33,325 nucleotides of DNA from Perkinsus chesapeaki ATCC PRA-425 (taxonomy: Eukaryota > Protista > Perkinsozoa), in the NCBI GenBank assembly GCA_013115145.1, contig JAAPAO010000396.1:1-33325 (forward strand). Reading direction: 5' to 3'. Positions 31,765 to 33,325 of the stretch are shown here, piece after piece (positions within the stretch are counted from its first letter, which is position 1; each line of letters begins with the position of its first letter). The notes under the pieces were generated by a model, which worked only from the letters and a program-made list of their open reading frames with translations, was not told where the DNA came from and ran no database searches. The translations under genes and the position numbers were made by a program.

Positions 31765-32942
31765 CGCGATACTTGCTGAGGGATGCCAAAGATTGGGAGG
31801 CGCTTACGCTTGAGTATTGCTGAGTTACCCACTTAGCGTGAGAATGGCGTTCTTTGCAAGAAAGCTTAGTACGCGACCAAACCCAAGCAATCCGGAGAAC
31901 ATGTGACGCGGCAAAGAATGAGTTGTCGTGCCAGTTATCACTTCTCTTCAACAGCAACCTTCTTATGGATAGTGTCACTCTTTATCGGCCAAAAGAGAAT
32001 AGTATTTTAAATGACCCCTGTGTTGCTTTCGGGATCTATTTTTGAGCCAAGGCTTTTGAAAGATGGCCGGTGACGGATAAACGAGAGCTAAATCAGCCTA
32101 CCTGAAACCCGGACTGGTTGGTTACCCGGTGACGCCGGTTCCTTCGAAAAGCTTACCTCTTGCATGGTCAAAATCAAATAGGAAAATAAGATTTACCTAT
32201 TGCGCCGAAATCATCGTGTGTAGTGATTTGAATAGATGACTGATAATTAAACTCCTCCGGCCTCGGCATAAACTTGCTTGAACAAGCTCCACACGCAGTA
32301 CCGATTTGCCGGGTCGAGAGAGCTATTAATGCCAAAAACTGCACTTAGAAGCTATTAGTTTCACAACACGAAAGCCCAGAGGGAAGTTCCCTCTGCGTTG
32401 AGCGTTCGTCGAGCCTCAACGGTCAACGTTGAGGAGATCTCCCTCTGGCATTGAGCTCCATGCCATGGAACGTTGATTCGTAGCTGGCATACCGCTGCCG
32501 GTGTGACGCGACTCGCGTGACGCGAGTGATGAATATTTGAGCCCAATTTAACCTATTCAGGCAATTATGAGAGAATAAAAAATCATTGGAAAGAGACGAT
32601 TGGATATTAGTGTCACGTTCCTCTCGGCGTTCCTCTCATTCTTATCGGCGATGATTCATCGCCATTGTACCGATCGAATTACCAATCTCTCGTGCTGATT
32701 CCGGGAGACGCGCCTGCGGACGCCGAAGATGCACGTCAATGAAATCACTAAGCAACTTGGGAGCGAGCCATCTACTCGTCTGGCCATCACATGGAAAACT
32801 GCTGCGTGGACTTGGTCGATTAGACCATTGTCCGGCTGTCTATCTACGCTCACACCTGTGACAATACCATAGTCAAGAGGCAAGGACAGCTGGCTGTGAA
32901 CATGGGGTCTCAAACTGGCTAGGAATGCACCGATACTTATAG

Positions 32943-33209
32943 GTCTCATTTCAACCGCTGCTCCTGGGAAGCTCTCAAATCGTTACAAGCTTCGAACGCC
33001 GAGGCGCCGTTGATCCAGGTTCGCTTCCCCGTGACACTTACTATCCCAGCAACTCTAGCTGTATAGTAGAGAATGTCTACTTACCTTTACATCGCGCGGA
33101 GAATACTGTTAAACGCCGCATTCAAGAAACTCTAATCGAGATTCAGATTCTTCGCAGGAACGTTCGAGAGATTAGGAAAGAGAATCCAACCTTGGCAAGT
33201 ACAAATTAG
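32943..33209 (+). CDS. Probable terminal exons of an uncharacterised gene (coiled-coil C-terminus)
   Basis: After acceptor cttatag: VSFQPLLLGSSQIVTSFERRGAVDP, in-frame 48-nt GT-AG intron, VENVYLPLHRAENTVKRRIQETLIEIQILRRNVREIRKENPTLASTN*. Upstream exons unresolved. Confidence 0.35.
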   Translation, partial: VSFQPLLLGSSQIVTSFERRGAVDPGSLPRDTYYPSNSSCIVENVYLPLHRAENTVKRRIQETLIEIQILRRNVREIRKENPTLASTN

Positions 33210-33325
33210 TCCGCCTTCCCTCGGTGGGCATGATTCTGTCTCCGAGGCGGTCTGTTATCACAGGAACTCGACACCTGTAAATAAAGATACCTGTTTTATA
33301 CAAACAATAGTAAAACTCTGCACTT

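Noticed and set aside
1-33325. CRISPR arrays, Fanzor/TnpB, transposases, reverse transcriptases, rRNA, intact tRNA or SL-RNA genes
   Set aside because: No regularly spaced repeats or diagnostic motifs were seen by eye; a profile search would be needed to exclude very divergent copies.

Overview
Gene-dense, intron-rich eukaryotic genomic DNA. Introns are mostly 30-75 nt GT-AG and long Gln/Gly/Ala/Asn codon runs are common; the overall style suggests a Perkinsus-like alveolate (inference only). The six-frame ORF track is largely misleading because most genes are split, so the models below were spliced by hand and their ends are approximate. Recognisable genes: a rhomboid-like protein (probably inactive), an intronless calpain-like protease, an exostosin/GT47 glycosyltransferase, two tandem WRKY19-like zinc-finger genes, a UIM-repeat protein, an alpha/beta-hydrolase-fold protein lacking the catalytic Ser, a Pho80/P-type cyclin, a cyclin-fold + PDZ-like protein, a urea transporter, a legumain (C13) and a single-exon secreted protein. 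I saw no CRISPR array, rRNA, transposase or reverse transcriptase. The most unusual signal is that at least six short spliceosomal introns in four unrelated genes contain tRNA-like sequence. Five hold 3'-terminal fragments (T-loop/B-box + 5 nt + 7 nt; four continue with A and a T-run), in both orientations, and one 74-nt intron is almost entirely a decayed 72-nt tRNA-Ile-like sequence. Also notable are a nested perfect hairpin at 10439-10525 and a recurrent TGGCGCGYGA motif.
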